A stretch of 64,000 bases of DNA from Eledone cirrhosa (lineage: Eukaryota), in the NCBI GenBank assembly GCA_964016885.1, contig OZ024745.1, forward strand, positions 121,024,001 through 121,088,000. The letters run 5' to 3'. This document shows positions 51,047-63,639 of this stretch, one piece after another. The first letter of the stretch is position 1. Each line of letters starts with the position of its first letter. Position numbers and translations under genes: made by a program. A model generated the notes under the pieces. That model did not search any database. It was not told where the DNA came from and saw nothing but the letters and a program-made list of their open reading frames with translations.

Positions 51047-53560
51047 ACATCATCATCATCATTTTACGTCCACTTTTCCCTGCTTGCAAGGGTGGGACAG
51101 GTCCTATTCAGCACAGCATCTCTCCACTTGTCACAGTCCTTCGTCATCTCCTCCGTGAGCTTCAGCAATCTGAGTCTGCTCTCACCACCTCCGCCCATGT
51201 TTTTCGTGGTCTTCCTCTACTGCGTCTTCCTTCAACTGGGATTTCTTGGCACTTCTTCACCCAGCGGTCATCTTCCATGTGCATCACATGTCCATACCAA
51301 TGTATGGACATGTGATGCACATGGAAGATGACCGCTGTAACTACAGTTTATCCCTCTTATACAGTTTCACTCTCAACTCGTTCATGCACATCCACTGGAG
51401 TATACTTGCTACATTTCTCTCCAGCCATCACATATCCTCCACAGTTACTGCCCATGTCTCACTACCATGCAGCATTGCGCATCTCACACAGGCATCATAT
51501 AACTGACCTTTCATTTGTAGGGAGAAACCCTTCATTATTAACAAAGGGCGGTGGATTGGCAGTATCAGTAGAGGGTCAGACGCCATGCTTTCCAGCATAG
51601 TTACGTCCCTTTACGATCTGAGTTCAAATCCCGCCGAGGTTGACTTTGCCTTTCATCCTTACGGGGTCGATAAAATAAAGTACCAGTAATGCACTGGGTA
51701 ATTGCTGGCCTTGTGTCTAAAGTAGAAACAATTATTAACAGAGGAAGCAGCTCCCTAAACTTCTTCCATCCTGTCCTTATTCTAGATACTATGGCCTCAG
51801 AACATCCCCCTCCCTTGCTAATCTGATCCCCTTGGTATCAGAAGCTATCGACCACCTCTATAGATCCTACCTGCATTTGAAAAATGGGCCTTTCACTGAC
51901 ACTTCTACTATCAAATTTCCCTGAACATCTACTGCATATGAAGTTTTCCCTATTATCCTACTACACCTCTATCTGCATTGTGTACATTCTATATATAGAG
52001 TTTATGCCAACTCCTTTCCTACATATTAAACATGGCCACTTCCCTGGTGGAATCAGAGTTTTGTCCTCTTTCCTACTTATCAACAATTTAGTCTTTGCTA
52101 GATTCACTCTGTCTTCTTGATTCCAAATGCTGTTTCCATAGCCAGAATTTATTCTCTAACTCCTTTACTGCTATAAGTACCAGATCGCCAGCATAGGGAA
52201 GTTCCCATGGGCAGCCAGTCTTAAACTCCTCTGTTATGGCTTGGAGAACTATAATGAATAAGAGTGGGCTGAGGACTGAACCCTGATGAACTCCTACTTG
52301 TATCTGGAATTCCTCACTAAACTCAATTCCTACTCCCACTTTACTGATAGCTGGTCCTTCTGTTGGGAGTAGTTTCTTTCTCTCCCATTCATTCTCAACA
52401 TTTCCAGGCCTCCTTTTTCTGATCATCAGTGACACTAAGTGCACCAGCATCATTTTAGACACACTTATCTCCAACAACATCCTCATTTACACTGACACAC
52501 TGCGTTGCAATGCAGAACACCGCACGTCTCTGATCCTCTCGTCGCAGAACTTTGGCAAACCTCCTACTCTCATCTTCCCTGAGTGCTAAGTATACCTGAC
52601 GTCTAGCCTCTCTTTTAGCGGTTGAGTATTGGTCTCTACTCCCTCCATTTTTCCAATTCTTCCATGCTTGTCTTTTATCTTTAATGACTTTATCTACCAT
52701 GCTATTCCACCACCACAAGTCTTTTCAGTTGCTTGCAGTAAGTTGTCACGTAAGAAATTCTAGTTATCTTCTATGTCATACAATTCTAATTCATCTTCTT
52801 TCTCATCATACACATCTTGGAGGGCTTTCCTAAATTTATATTTAAGTGAAAGGTCTTCTAGCTTCCACACCTTCCTGTGTGTCTCATTCTTGGTATTCGA
52901 AACCATCTGTCTGTCTCATTGCCTAACTAGCAAGAAGTCAATCTGGCTTATGTGCTCGCCTGATTTGTAGGTTATTAGGTGGTTGGTAGGTTTCCTAAAG
53001 TTAGTGTTGTAAATGATTAGTTCACTTGCATCACAACATTCAAGAAGCTTCACTCCTTCTTCATTTCTTGAGCCGTAACTGTGACCACCTCAGTGTATCC
53101 ATCCTGGAGCTGTCCAACATGACCATTGAAGTCCCCTGCTAGTATATCTAGGTCTCTGTCCTCTGTCACTGTGCTTGTCTCTAGAAGTTGCTCATAACAG
53201 CAGTCCTTCTCTTCTTTACCTAAGCCCGCTTGGGGAGAATAGTTAGTCTATTGCCTACAACTAATCTAATCTTAATTATTCTATTACTGACTCTAACTAC
53301 CTCTGTTGTCTTATCGATCCATCTCTCAGCCAGTAATATGCCCACCCCACCTAACCCATCATCATTTCCTATCCAGAAAAGCTTATAACTAAGATGTTTG
53401 CCTGTGATTAGTCTTGCTGAAGCACCTCTCCATCTCACCTCTTGTACTCAGCACACATCCACATGCCTTCTCTCTAACATCTCCACTATCTCACCAGATC
53501 TACCTGTGAGAGTGCCAACATTAAGTGTGGCAACCCTGAGATGTGACACCTTGTATTGAT
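51047..53560 (-). mobile_element. RTE family B, long decayed copy (APE to 3' end, internal deletions)
   Basis: EMRWRG, YKLFWIGN, AGDFNGHVG, QIDFLLV, WWWN, GVHQGSVLSPLLF; (CAT)n at left. Confidence 0.9.
51545..51737 (+). mobile_element. SINE family 1 nested in RTE
   Basis: TSD ATTATTAACA (51534-51543/51731-51740). Confidence 0.9.
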
Positions 53561-54471
53561 TTTTTTCCTTTTCTGCAAAGAAAAATAATTAGAATCATTA
53601 GCATCATTATCACTGTTGTTGTTGTGCGATTGCTTGATAACAGTCGGGGGGTTCTCGCAAATGGCCGCCCTAGCCACCCCACTACCGTGAGCAGCCCTAA
53701 CATTGTTAGTGTCATTGCTGTGTACAGTTATTGACATACTTGTCTGTTGTGCTCATAATTTTTTGGCATTAATATGTTAGTTGGATGCCCTTCCTATCAC
53801 CAGCACCACTTTACAGCATGGACTGGGTACTTTTATTCATGCCACCAGCACTAGACTCAGGGGCCCTCTCCACCCCATTACTTTGGCATGGTTTTTAATG
53901 GCTGAATGCTACTTCTATTTCCTCCATTTTACAGCATGGACCGCGCGCTTTTATTTGTGCCACCAGCACTAGGGAAGTCGCCCCGCACCGATTTATTCAG
54001 AGTGGTAGCTCTCCTAGACGGGTTACCTACACTACGGCTTACGGAACCTCCGTCGTACTTATTGTTTACTAATCTGAATAACAACAGCAGTAACCTGAGC
54101 AAAGCTAGTATATAATAAAACACACTCACTGTTTGGTTTGGGTTGGTTTTCGTTTCAGTATATTTATTATATCTGTTTTATATATTCAGTAATCTCCTTA
54201 TAATATATAACCAGCAATTACTCTGTCTGTCTGTCCGACAGTGGAAACACGTGCGCGCGTGGTTGCTATCTCTCTCTCTCTCTCTCCAGCTATCCCTCTC
54301 TTTTAGTCTGTCTGTTTCTCTCACTCTCACTCTTTCTCTTTGTAACACACTAACATTCCTCCCCTCTATCGCTGTGACGAATGGGGAGATGGAGGAGGAG
54401 AGAGTCACTTCGTCACTTCACCTCTGCCTTTCTTTCTCTCCCCTCTCACTCCCTCATTACGTACAGACATT

Positions 54472-54659
54472 AGGGCGGTGGATTGGCAGAATCTGTAGAG
54501 TCGGACACCATGCTTCATAGCATGGAGTCCCTTTACGGTCTGAGTTCAAATACCGCCGAGTTTAACTTTGCCTTTCATCCTCACGGGGTCGATAAAATAA
54601 AGTACCAGTAATGTACTGGTTAATTGCTGGCCTTGTGCCAAAAGTAGAAACAATTATTA
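54472..54659 (+). mobile_element. SINE family 1
   Basis: Full head-core-tail. Confidence 0.9.
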
Positions 54660-55532
54660 GAAACATTGCTTCATTTTTACATATCTAAGCATTAGTAAAA
54701 TGACTAATAATTTCAAAAGTAATTTTTCAATTCCAATTGTTATGAACAGCAAAACATTAATAATAATTTTGTTCTAAGAAATATATATACATTTCTGTGT
54801 GTAATATATATATATATACACACACAGAAATATATATACATTTCTGTGTGTGTAATATATATATAGACTAGAACACACTCATTCTTGAGAAATCACCAGG
54901 AATATATATATAATCACCAGGAATATATATATTGGTTAGTTTCAGAAGATCCCGTTAAGGGTGAAAGCAGCGATTCTTTGCTTAAACTTTAATCTTTTAT
55001 TTTAATAAATATATATATATATATATAAATAAATGTACGTATGTAATATATTAATAATATATATATAATGTATGTATATATAATATAATATATATATATA
55101 TATGTTAGTAAATACGAAGAAATATTTATACTATTCCACACACATATAATATATATGTTATGTCGTCGACCACTGATTCCAACAACCAGCGTTCTAGGCC
55201 AGCACGTGACACCTGCGTTCCCAGCCATGGCACGCGCGACCTTGGAGTAGTTACCATGGAGATCTAGCCAGACACAGCCGAGTTCTTTGAATTTACAGAC
55301 GACAACTTTAAGACTGGCTTTTGGTGTTTTAACCAACTCACTGGGGCTGAGCATATAATATATATATATATATGTGTGTGTGTGTGTTATATGTGTGTGT
55401 ATGCGTGTGTGTGTATTATGCGTGTGTGTTATATGTGTGTGTATGTGTGTGCGTGTGTGTTTTATATATGGGTGTGCGTATATATAATATATATATATAT
55501 ATATTATATATGTATATTATGTGTGTCTCTCT

Positions 55533-55732
55533 ATCATCATCATCATCATCATCAACGTTTAACGTCCGTGTTCCATGCTTGCATGGGTTTGGACGGGGGT
55601 AGTCCCACTTGAGGCAAGAGTGATTTTCTTGCTCGCATAGGGCTGTCTGGCAGGTTTTCTACAGTTGGATGCCCTTCCTAACACCAACCACATTTACAGT
55701 GTGGGTCTGGGAGGTTTTTACCGTGTTGCCTC
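55533..55732 (-). mobile_element. RTE family A 3'UTR
   Basis: (CAT)n tail at left, TA tract at right. Confidence 0.85.
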
Positions 55733-56105
55733 TATATATATACATATATATAGGTTTAAGTGTGTATGTGCGTGTGTATGTGTGTGTTAGCGTGTGTGCA
55801 TATGTGCTTATGTATGAGTGTGTGTATGGTATGTGTGTGTTAGCGTATGTGTCTGTCTGTGCGTGTGTCTATGTAAGTGTGTGTACAGGAATTCATAAGT
55901 TTCCTAAAATATGTCTGTATGCTTAATTTTTCTTAAAAATGATAAACTGGTTCTTCCTGTCAGAGATAATAATCTGATTTGAGAATAATGCATCTCAAAA
56001 TATGAACATGGGTGTGTATATATATATGTATGTGTGTGTGTGTTTGTGTGTGTGTTAAATATATATCGACTAGCAGAAAACCACCCATGGGTGATTTTCT
56101 GCTAG

Positions 56106-57010
56106 TCTATATATATAAAACTGAGGATATCTGTCTGTGTGTGTATGTGTGAGTTTGAATCCCTAAAAATCGAGAAGCACCCAACCGACTGTTTTCAAAC
56201 TTTACACATATAATACTTATGTTTCAGGGAGTGTTCTGAGCAAAAACAATTTCAAATTTTCAATGCCCTAGGGACCGCATTAGGCAATTTAGCGATCTCT
56301 CTCTATAATTCTTAGTCTTTCTCTTTTTAGATAGATACATACATATAACGTCGCGCCCTTATAATATCTGTCTGTATGTCTGACTGTCTGCATTATGTCA
56401 CTTCCCTGAGGATGTCTGTGAGTTTGAATCCCTAAAACTCGAGAAGTACCCAACCGATTTTTTTCAAACTTTACATGTGTAATACTTATGTTTCAGGGAG
56501 TGTTATGCACATAAAATATTCATCTCCTAGGTATTGATCTCCTAGGGCCCGCATTAGGTGAAAAACTGCGTTTTTTTAAGCTTTTAAGCGTTTTTTAAGA
56601 TTTTTAGGGTTTTTTTGAGGCGTTACATCAGACCGATTTCCTTGAAATTGTAACTATGTATTAGTCAGTCTCTTCTTCATACTGTGAGCAAAGAAAATCC
56701 AACTTTTTTATGACCTAGGGCCCGCATTAGGTGAAAAACTTCATTTTTTCAGCTTTTTTGAGGCGTTACGTCTAGCCGATTTTCCCAAAATTTCAAGGCA
56801 TAATATGCACATAAAAAAATTCATTTTCTTGAAAACCTGCATTTTTCCTGCTTCATCGAGGAAAATCTTAAAGATTATCCAGCCATCAGAGTATTCGGTT
56901 TATTTTCTTTACATATTGTCCATGCATGCAGTTTTTCCACGATTAAGTCTGTTGGCGGCCCGCGTTCCAAGATACCTTATCCCGTGCAACACCGATGACT
57001 ATAATAAGTT
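56106..57010 (+). mobile_element. Non-autonomous Helitron-like element
   Basis: 5' TCTATATATATAAAACTGAG..CTGTCTGT, internal duplicated blocks (GAGTTTGAATCCCTAAAA.., CTAGGG-CCGCATTAGG x3), decayed 3' CCCGTGCAACACCG; canonical CTAG end not intact. Confidence 0.6.
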
Positions 57011-57146
57011 GATCAGTATAAATAATAATTGAACAAATCAGGTAATGTACCTCTGGAGACTCCTTCGGAAACTTCAGTCTAATTTTTTCTGTCTCCAGGG
57101 ATACTTTACCTGATTTTTTTCAACTATTATTTATAGTGATTATAAT

Positions 57147-57548
57147 AGGGCAGTAGATTAGCAGTATCAGTGGAGCATCAGACACCATGCTTTGCAGCAC
57201 AGAGTTATGGCCCTTTACGTTCTGAGTTCAAATCCCCGCTGAGGTTAGCTTAGCCTTTCATCCTTATGGGGTCAATAAAATAAAGTACCAGTAATGCACT
57301 GGGGTAATTGCTAGCCTTGTAACAAAATTAGAAACAATTATTTGATATTGAGGGCAGTGGATTGGCAGAATTGGTAGAGTGCCGGACACCATACTTTACG
57401 GCGTAGAGTTACGGCCCTTTACGTTCTGAGTTCAAATCCCGCCAAGGTTAGCTTAGCCTTTCATCCTTACGGGGTCGATAAAATAAAGTACCAGTAATGC
57501 ACTGGGGTTATTGCTGGCCTTGTATCAAAAGTAGAAACAATAATTATA
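57147..57548 (+). mobile_element. Two tandem SINE family 1 copies (57147-57342, 57351-57548)
   Basis: Both full length; share the GTTAGCTTAGCC variant. Confidence 0.9.
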
Positions 57549-57951
57549 ATAGTCATCTACATTAGAATGACAATCCTGCGAGTGCGCAGCTGAAACTCCA
57601 GAGTAACAAGGCTCACCACTTGACCATTAAACAAATATTTAAACACTAATTCAATTTTTTTTAACATTCTTCAATTCAATGATTCATGGACACACACACA
57701 CACAAGCTATTTAGAACACTGGTTTAACCCCTTTACTTCCCTCCGAAGAAGAGATTATCTCGAAAATTAAGGACACTTAAATAAATCTAAGGTAAAAGAC
57801 TAATTGTCAACAATATCTTTTGCATTTGCATTCTTTATTCTATGACCATACCTGCATTGTTTTGGCTTTATTATACATATACAAACGTTTATACCTCATT
57901 ACACAATGCTTCAAGTGAACTATAACTTCCTCATATATTTATATATATATT

Positions 57952-57982
<31 letters not shown>

Positions 57983-57989
57983 ATATATA

Positions 57990-58540
57990 AATAAATTGAG
58001 AGAGAGACTGAGCATAAGAGGAATCAAATGCTGTGTGCAGGAGAGGCGGTTGCGTTGGTATGGACATGTGATGCATATTAAGGATGACAGCTGCATAAAA
58101 AGGTGCAGAGCAGTAGAAGTCGATGGAAACTGCGGAGTGGGGGGACCCAAGACTTGGGATGAGGTCATAAAAGCCAACTTTACCCAATTACACCTCTCAA
58201 AGGCGATGACACATGACCGTGACCTCTGGCGTCACGCAGTAATACAGAAGACCTGACTTCCCAGATACAAGCCGAAGCTGAAGCATATAGACAATATGCA
58301 CCCCACACCCTCCCATTGTAAAGTGGACGTGTAGGCGCCACGGAAAAAAAGCACCCAGCCCACACTGTAAATGAGGTTGGTGTTAGGAAGGGCATCGAGC
58401 TGTAGAAATCAAGCCAGAATCAATTCAAGAATGAGCAAGACAAAGTCAGCCGACTGGACACTGCCCACAACAGGACAACACATCTAACCCATGCTAGCGT
58501 GGAAGCACGGACATAAAACGGTGATGATGATGACAATGAT
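57990..58540 (+). mobile_element. RTE family A 3' portion
   Basis: LRERLSIRGIKCCVQERRLRWYGHVM; UTR matches 5719-6060. Confidence 0.9.
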
Positions 58541-58542
58541 AT

Positions 58543-58756
58543 ATCATCACCCTTTTACGTCTGTTCTTCCACGCTAGCATGGCTAGTTAGACGGGTTGTC
58601 CTGTTGTGGGCAGTGTCCAGTCGGCTGACTTTGTCTTGCTCATATGGGAACTGATTCTGGCTTGATTTCTACAGCTGGATGCCCTTCCTAACACCAACCT
58701 CATTTACAGTGAGTGCTGGGTGCTTTTTTCCTTGGTGCCTACATGTCCACTTTACA
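58543..58756 (-). mobile_element. RTE family A 3'UTR, tail-to-tail with the previous copy, cut by the duplication arm
   Basis: Reverse complement of about 58320-58530. Confidence 0.85.
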
Positions 58757-59817
58757 GGTAAACTCTAAAGAGACGCAACTCTAGCCAGGAGGTCCCGGAA
58801 GCTTATTTTACCACTAAATAATTATTTCTAGTATAGGCACAAGGCCAGTAATTTGGGAGAAGGGGAAAGTCCATTAAATTGACCCCAGTACGTTACTGGT
58901 GCTTTATTTTATCGACCCCGTAAGGATGAAAGGCAAAGTTAACCTCGGGGGGATTTGAACTCAGACCATAAAGAGCCGTAACTCTATGCTGCAAAGCATG
59001 GTGTCCGACTCTACGATACTGCCAAACCACGGCCCTTTTACTACTAAATAATAAATAGTGTTTTAGAACCCAGGTAGTGACTACTATCTTTAACTCAGGT
59101 CGTAATTTTTTGCTAAAATTCTAATTTCGAAAATATTTGACTCTGCTAAAATTCTAAAGCCATGGAACTCAATAGATGTGTGTGTATGTAACTCAGTAGA
59201 AGTGTGTGTGTGTGTAACTCAGTAGATGTGTGAGTATGTAACTCAGTAGATGTGTGAGTATGTAACTCAGTAGAAGTGTGTGTGTGTATGTAACTAAAGC
59301 GTAACGTACGTTACGGATGGATGAAACAAGCAATATTATAAGATGATGACTAAATGATTTTAACTTGTTTTTTAACAATCTTACCGGCTAAATAGCCTGG
59401 GAGTCTATTTTACCGGGACTGGCTAAATAGCTTCTTCCTCGGATTTTGGTAAAGAATTGGGTACTTTTCAATTTCATTTTATTTATGACCATATATATGT
59501 AACTGTCCTACACGAATTAGGGGTGAGGGTGATCCTTTATCGGATGCTTGGGTCGGCCGGGCACCTGCATCTCGTTTACAATAAAATGTTCTCAGGCTTA
59601 ACATGGCTCCAGTGCAAGGGAAGTTATCATGCCTTTGACACAGCTGAAGAGTCCTCCCGACCCCTTATTTGGCAGTTTTTCTATGGTTAAGCTCCTTTCA
59701 ATCAACCATTTTTACAGAGTGTACTGAGTGTGTTTATTGTGTAAATCACTATCACTAAGGCGGTTATATTTATGATACAGCTGAAGAGCTCTTCCAGCCC
59801 CTTTGTTTGGCAAGTTT
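58757..59817 (-). repeat. Left arm of 1.06 kb inverted duplication (contains SINE 58818-59036 and a 20 bp minisatellite 59170-59295)
   Basis: Reverse complement of 62576-63639 except a 3 bp indel and a few substitutions. Confidence 0.95.
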
Positions 59818-60350
59818 CCCCTATCTAGAGCATCCCCTTTACCCTTGTAGCAGTTAGTGATAATGCTGCTATGCCAGTCTTTTGGTATGACCCCATTCTG
59901 TATTACTTGGTTAACTATATGCGTGATCATTGTATGTCCCACCATTCCAGATGCCTTCAACATCTCAGCAACTATCTCCGAAGGCCCAGCTGCCTTGCCT
60001 GTCTTCATATCTTTGATTGCCTTACTTATTATACTACCTTTAACTTGCACCGCTGGTCCTTCTATTGGATCGATTTGGGGCAGACTATCTTTTTCCCATT
60101 TATTCTCCTCATTTAATAGTCTCTCGTAGTGACACTTCCAGGCTATCTTATCAGCATCAGTGAGGGCAAGTACACCGTTATCATTACAGACACACTTTTC
60201 CCCAACAATATCACGGTTTTCCTTGACACATTTAGCAATCCTGAACACCTCACGTTTTTGGTCCTCACGTTGTAGAACATGCTTGAACTTTCTATCCTCT
60301 GCTTCCCTTTTTGCAAGGTACACTTTTCTCCTAGCTTCCACCAAGGGTAG
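59818..60350 (-). mobile_element. RTE ORF fragment (linker to RT N-terminus)
   Basis: WKCHYERLLN, MKTGKAAGPSEIVAEMLK, IPKDW, YKGKGDALDRGN truncated at the arm. Confidence 0.9.
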
Positions 60351-60536
60351 ATCACACTGGAGGAAAAAAAAAAATATGTATATATATATATATAAATCAA
60401 AATGGATGCAGTAAAACCAGTTAGACCATTACTCACCAGAGTACTTGATACTTGGGCTAGTAGTGTGTGGTAATATGAAAGAGTCGGGACCCTGACGGCT
60501 GAACTCTTTCATATATATGTATATATATATAAGTAT

Positions 60537-60579
<43 letters not shown>

Positions 60580-60582
60580 CAT

Positions 60583-60722
60583 ACCTCAGATCACTGAAGC
60601 TCATGGTGGAAATGACGAAGGACTGTGACAAGTGGAGAGATGCTGTGCTGAATAAGACCCGTCCCACCCTTGCAAGCAGGGAAAAGTGAACGTAAAATGA
60701 TGATGATGATGATGATGATGAC
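60583..60722 (+). mobile_element. RTE family B short 3' end in (TA)n
   Basis: Matches 2395-2525. Confidence 0.85.
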
Positions 60723-61069
60723 ACATATATATAGACATATACATATGTACGTATGGGTTATATCGAAACATTAATAATAATGTTTGATTCATGTACTTAA
60801 GAAAATACTACATTTTCAACTGTTCAACAGACTGGCAAAGGTATAGTCCTAATGAAGGGTAACGACCCAGAAACATGTTGATTGTTCCTTAACACCAGTG
60901 TTGAACAAACAGGTGACGATCGGTCACCGGTACGGCACAGCTTCAAATCAGACTGTTTGTTTACAAATTATCATTAATGTTTGATATAACCCATATGTAT
61001 ATGTATATATATGTGTGTATGTATATATGTATCTTCACTCTTTGTATATATGCATCTTCACTCTTTGTT

Positions 61070-61600
61070 TGGCAGGATATGGGCTAATGAGGACTGGAGA
61101 GATGGTGGTCCTGTAATGGTGGTCTTGTACAAGGGAAAGAGTAACAGGAATGATTTTGGGAACTACAGAGGTATATCATTGCTTTCTGTCGTAGGGAAAG
61201 TTTTATGTAGAGTGCTTCTGGACTGTCTTCTGATACACATTGCAGATTGTGTTCTTCCTGAAAGTCAATCTGGTTTTCTTGCTGGACGCGGCACTACTGA
61301 TATGATCTTCTCAGCTAGACAGCTCCAGGAGAAGTGCATGGAACAAGGTTTGGATCTGTATCAGGTTTTTGTCGATCTGACAAAAGCTTTCAATACTGTT
61401 AACAGAAATGTATTATGGAAGGTTCTCCAGAAACTTGGTTGCCCTGATAAGTTCCTTGCTTTAGTTAGGTCTTTCCATGACGACATGAAGGCTTGGGTTA
61501 ATGTTGGAGGTAACATGTCGGAGCCTATCTCAGTAAAAAATGGAGTGAAACAGGGGGATATTCCAGCACCGACCCTGTTTGCCATATACTTTTCAATAAT
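61070..61600 (+). mobile_element. BovB-like RTE RT fragment
   Basis: GNYRGISLLSVVGKVL, LPESQSGF..RGTTDMIFSARQLQEKC, FVDLTKAF, KLGCPDKF, NGVKQGD-APTLF; open frame. Confidence 0.85.
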
Positions 61601-62575
61601 CTGCCCACAGTATATTAGTGAATGGGAACTCCATGAGTAACTTTTATTCATGTAATTTTCTGTTCACGTAATAACTGTCTTATTAAGTTGTAACTTACAT
61701 AGCTGTTACCATCGAAATATGTAAAACAGTGATTAGTTAATCAATAAAATGAGGTAAATTCTTATCTAGTAACTTCTACTTCATTGTTTTATATATATAT
61801 ATCTGTGTGTGTGTGTATTTAGCTGAACCTCTCACTAGAGATGACAAAGGAGCACGAGTGGTGATATGCTGTACAGGGGAAGACCCGGCTATAAGCATAA
61901 GTTGTAACCTGATGCATTTACATACCCCCCCCCCCTCACTATTATTCATTAGTAGTTATTCCCATCCTTAAATGCCCCCTCCTTCCTGTACACCCCCATT
62001 CAGGAACATCTTCCCCTAAGCCCTAATACCCACACTATCCAGGTTCACCACTCTGCCTAGGATCACTCAACCCACCTACAAAAATCTTAACTCATCAGGT
62101 ATTACCTTCCCCCTCCAACACCACCACATCTCGATAAGAATCATCATCCTGGTATCTGTCACGCTAACAGAGATCGCTACATTATAACCCCCACACTCAA
62201 CCCAGCAACATACCATCCCCTAAAACACTAATACACCAGTTTTAACCCCTCCCTCCTCTTCAGTAACTGTTATCACAGTACCTCCCACGCTAGTGGAGGC
62301 CACTACATCATAACTACACTCTATCTAGGATCACCCTCACCCCTAAAATCCTAACAGATTAGTCATAAACTCTCCCCTATAGAGTAGGGAGGGCTGTTCT
62401 GATGAGTCAATAACTGAAACTTTCCTAGTGCTGGAAATTATACTAAAAGGGACAAGATGATTCTCCAATTGTGCCAAGGGCACAACAACCTCTCTGGCAT
62501 TGAGGATTTACATGATAAACACACCTAGTACATTCTGTTGAGTGGGTGGTGATAGAAAGGGTATCCAACCATAGA

Positions 62576-63639
62576 AAACTTGCCAAACAAAGGGGCTGGA
62601 AGAGCTCTTCAGCTGTATCATAAATATAACCGCCTTAGTGATAGTGATTTACACAATAAACACACTCAGTACACTCTGTAAAAATGGTTGATTGAAAGGA
62701 GCTTAACCATAGAAAAACTGCCAAATAAGGGGTCGGGAGGACTCTTCAGCTGTGTCAAAGGCATGATAACTTCCCTTGCACTGGAGCCATGTTAAGCCTG
62801 AGAACATTTTATTCTAAACGAGATGCAGGTGCCCGTCCGACCCAAGCATCCGATAAAGGATCACCCTCACCCCTAATTCGTGTAGGACAGTTACATATAT
62901 ATGGTCATAAATAAAATGAAATTGAAAAGTACCCAATTCTTTACCAAAATCCGAGGAAGAAGCTATTTAGCCAGTCCCGGTAAAATAGACTCCCAGGCTA
63001 TTTAGCCGGTAAGATTGTTAAAAAACAAGTTAAAATCATTTAGTCATCATCTTATTATAATATTGCTTGTTTCATCCATCCGTAACGTACGTTACGCTTT
63101 AGTTACATACACACACACACTTCTACTGAGTTACATACTCACACATCTACTGAGTTACATACTCACACATCTACTGAGTTACACACACACACACTTCTAC
63201 TGAGTTACATACACACACATCTATTGAGTTCCATGGCTTAAGAATTTTAGCAGAGTCAAATATTTTCGAAATTAGAATTTTAGCAAAAAATTACGACCCG
63301 AGTTAAAGATAGTAGTCACTACCTGGGTTCTAAAACACTATTTATTATTTAGTAGTAAAAGGGCGGTGGTTTGGCAGTATCGTAGAGTCGGACACCATGC
63401 TTTGCAGCATAGAGTTACGGCTCTTTATGGTCTGAGTTCAAATCCCCCCGAGGTTAACTTTGCCTTTCATCCATACGGGGTCGATAAAATAAAGCACCAG
63501 TAACGTACTGGGGTCAATTTAATGGACTTTCCCCTTCTCCCAAATTACTGGCCTTGTGCCTATACTAGAAATAATTATTTAGTGGTAAAATAAGCTTCCG
63601 GGACCTCCTGGCTAGAGTTGCGTCCCTTTAGAGTTTACC
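62576..63639 (+). repeat. Right arm (probable donor) of 1.06 kb inverted duplication (contains SINE 63360-63580)
   Basis: See left arm; inner flank continues an RTE-UTR motif without a break. Confidence 0.95.

Noticed and set aside
53640-53720. HDV-like ribozyme in the GC-rich patch upstream of the long RTE copy
   Set aside because: Position fits RTE 5'UTRs, but I could not build the nested double pseudoknot by eye
59170-59295. Regular 20 bp repeats (also 63100-63230 and 2740-2935) as a possible CRISPR array
   Set aside because: No unique spacers, no cas genes, eukaryotic context; these are minisatellites
58757-63639. Autonomous foldback or Polinton-type transposon with 1 kb TIRs
   Set aside because: No TSD, no transposase or polymerase inside, and one arm is continuous with its flank
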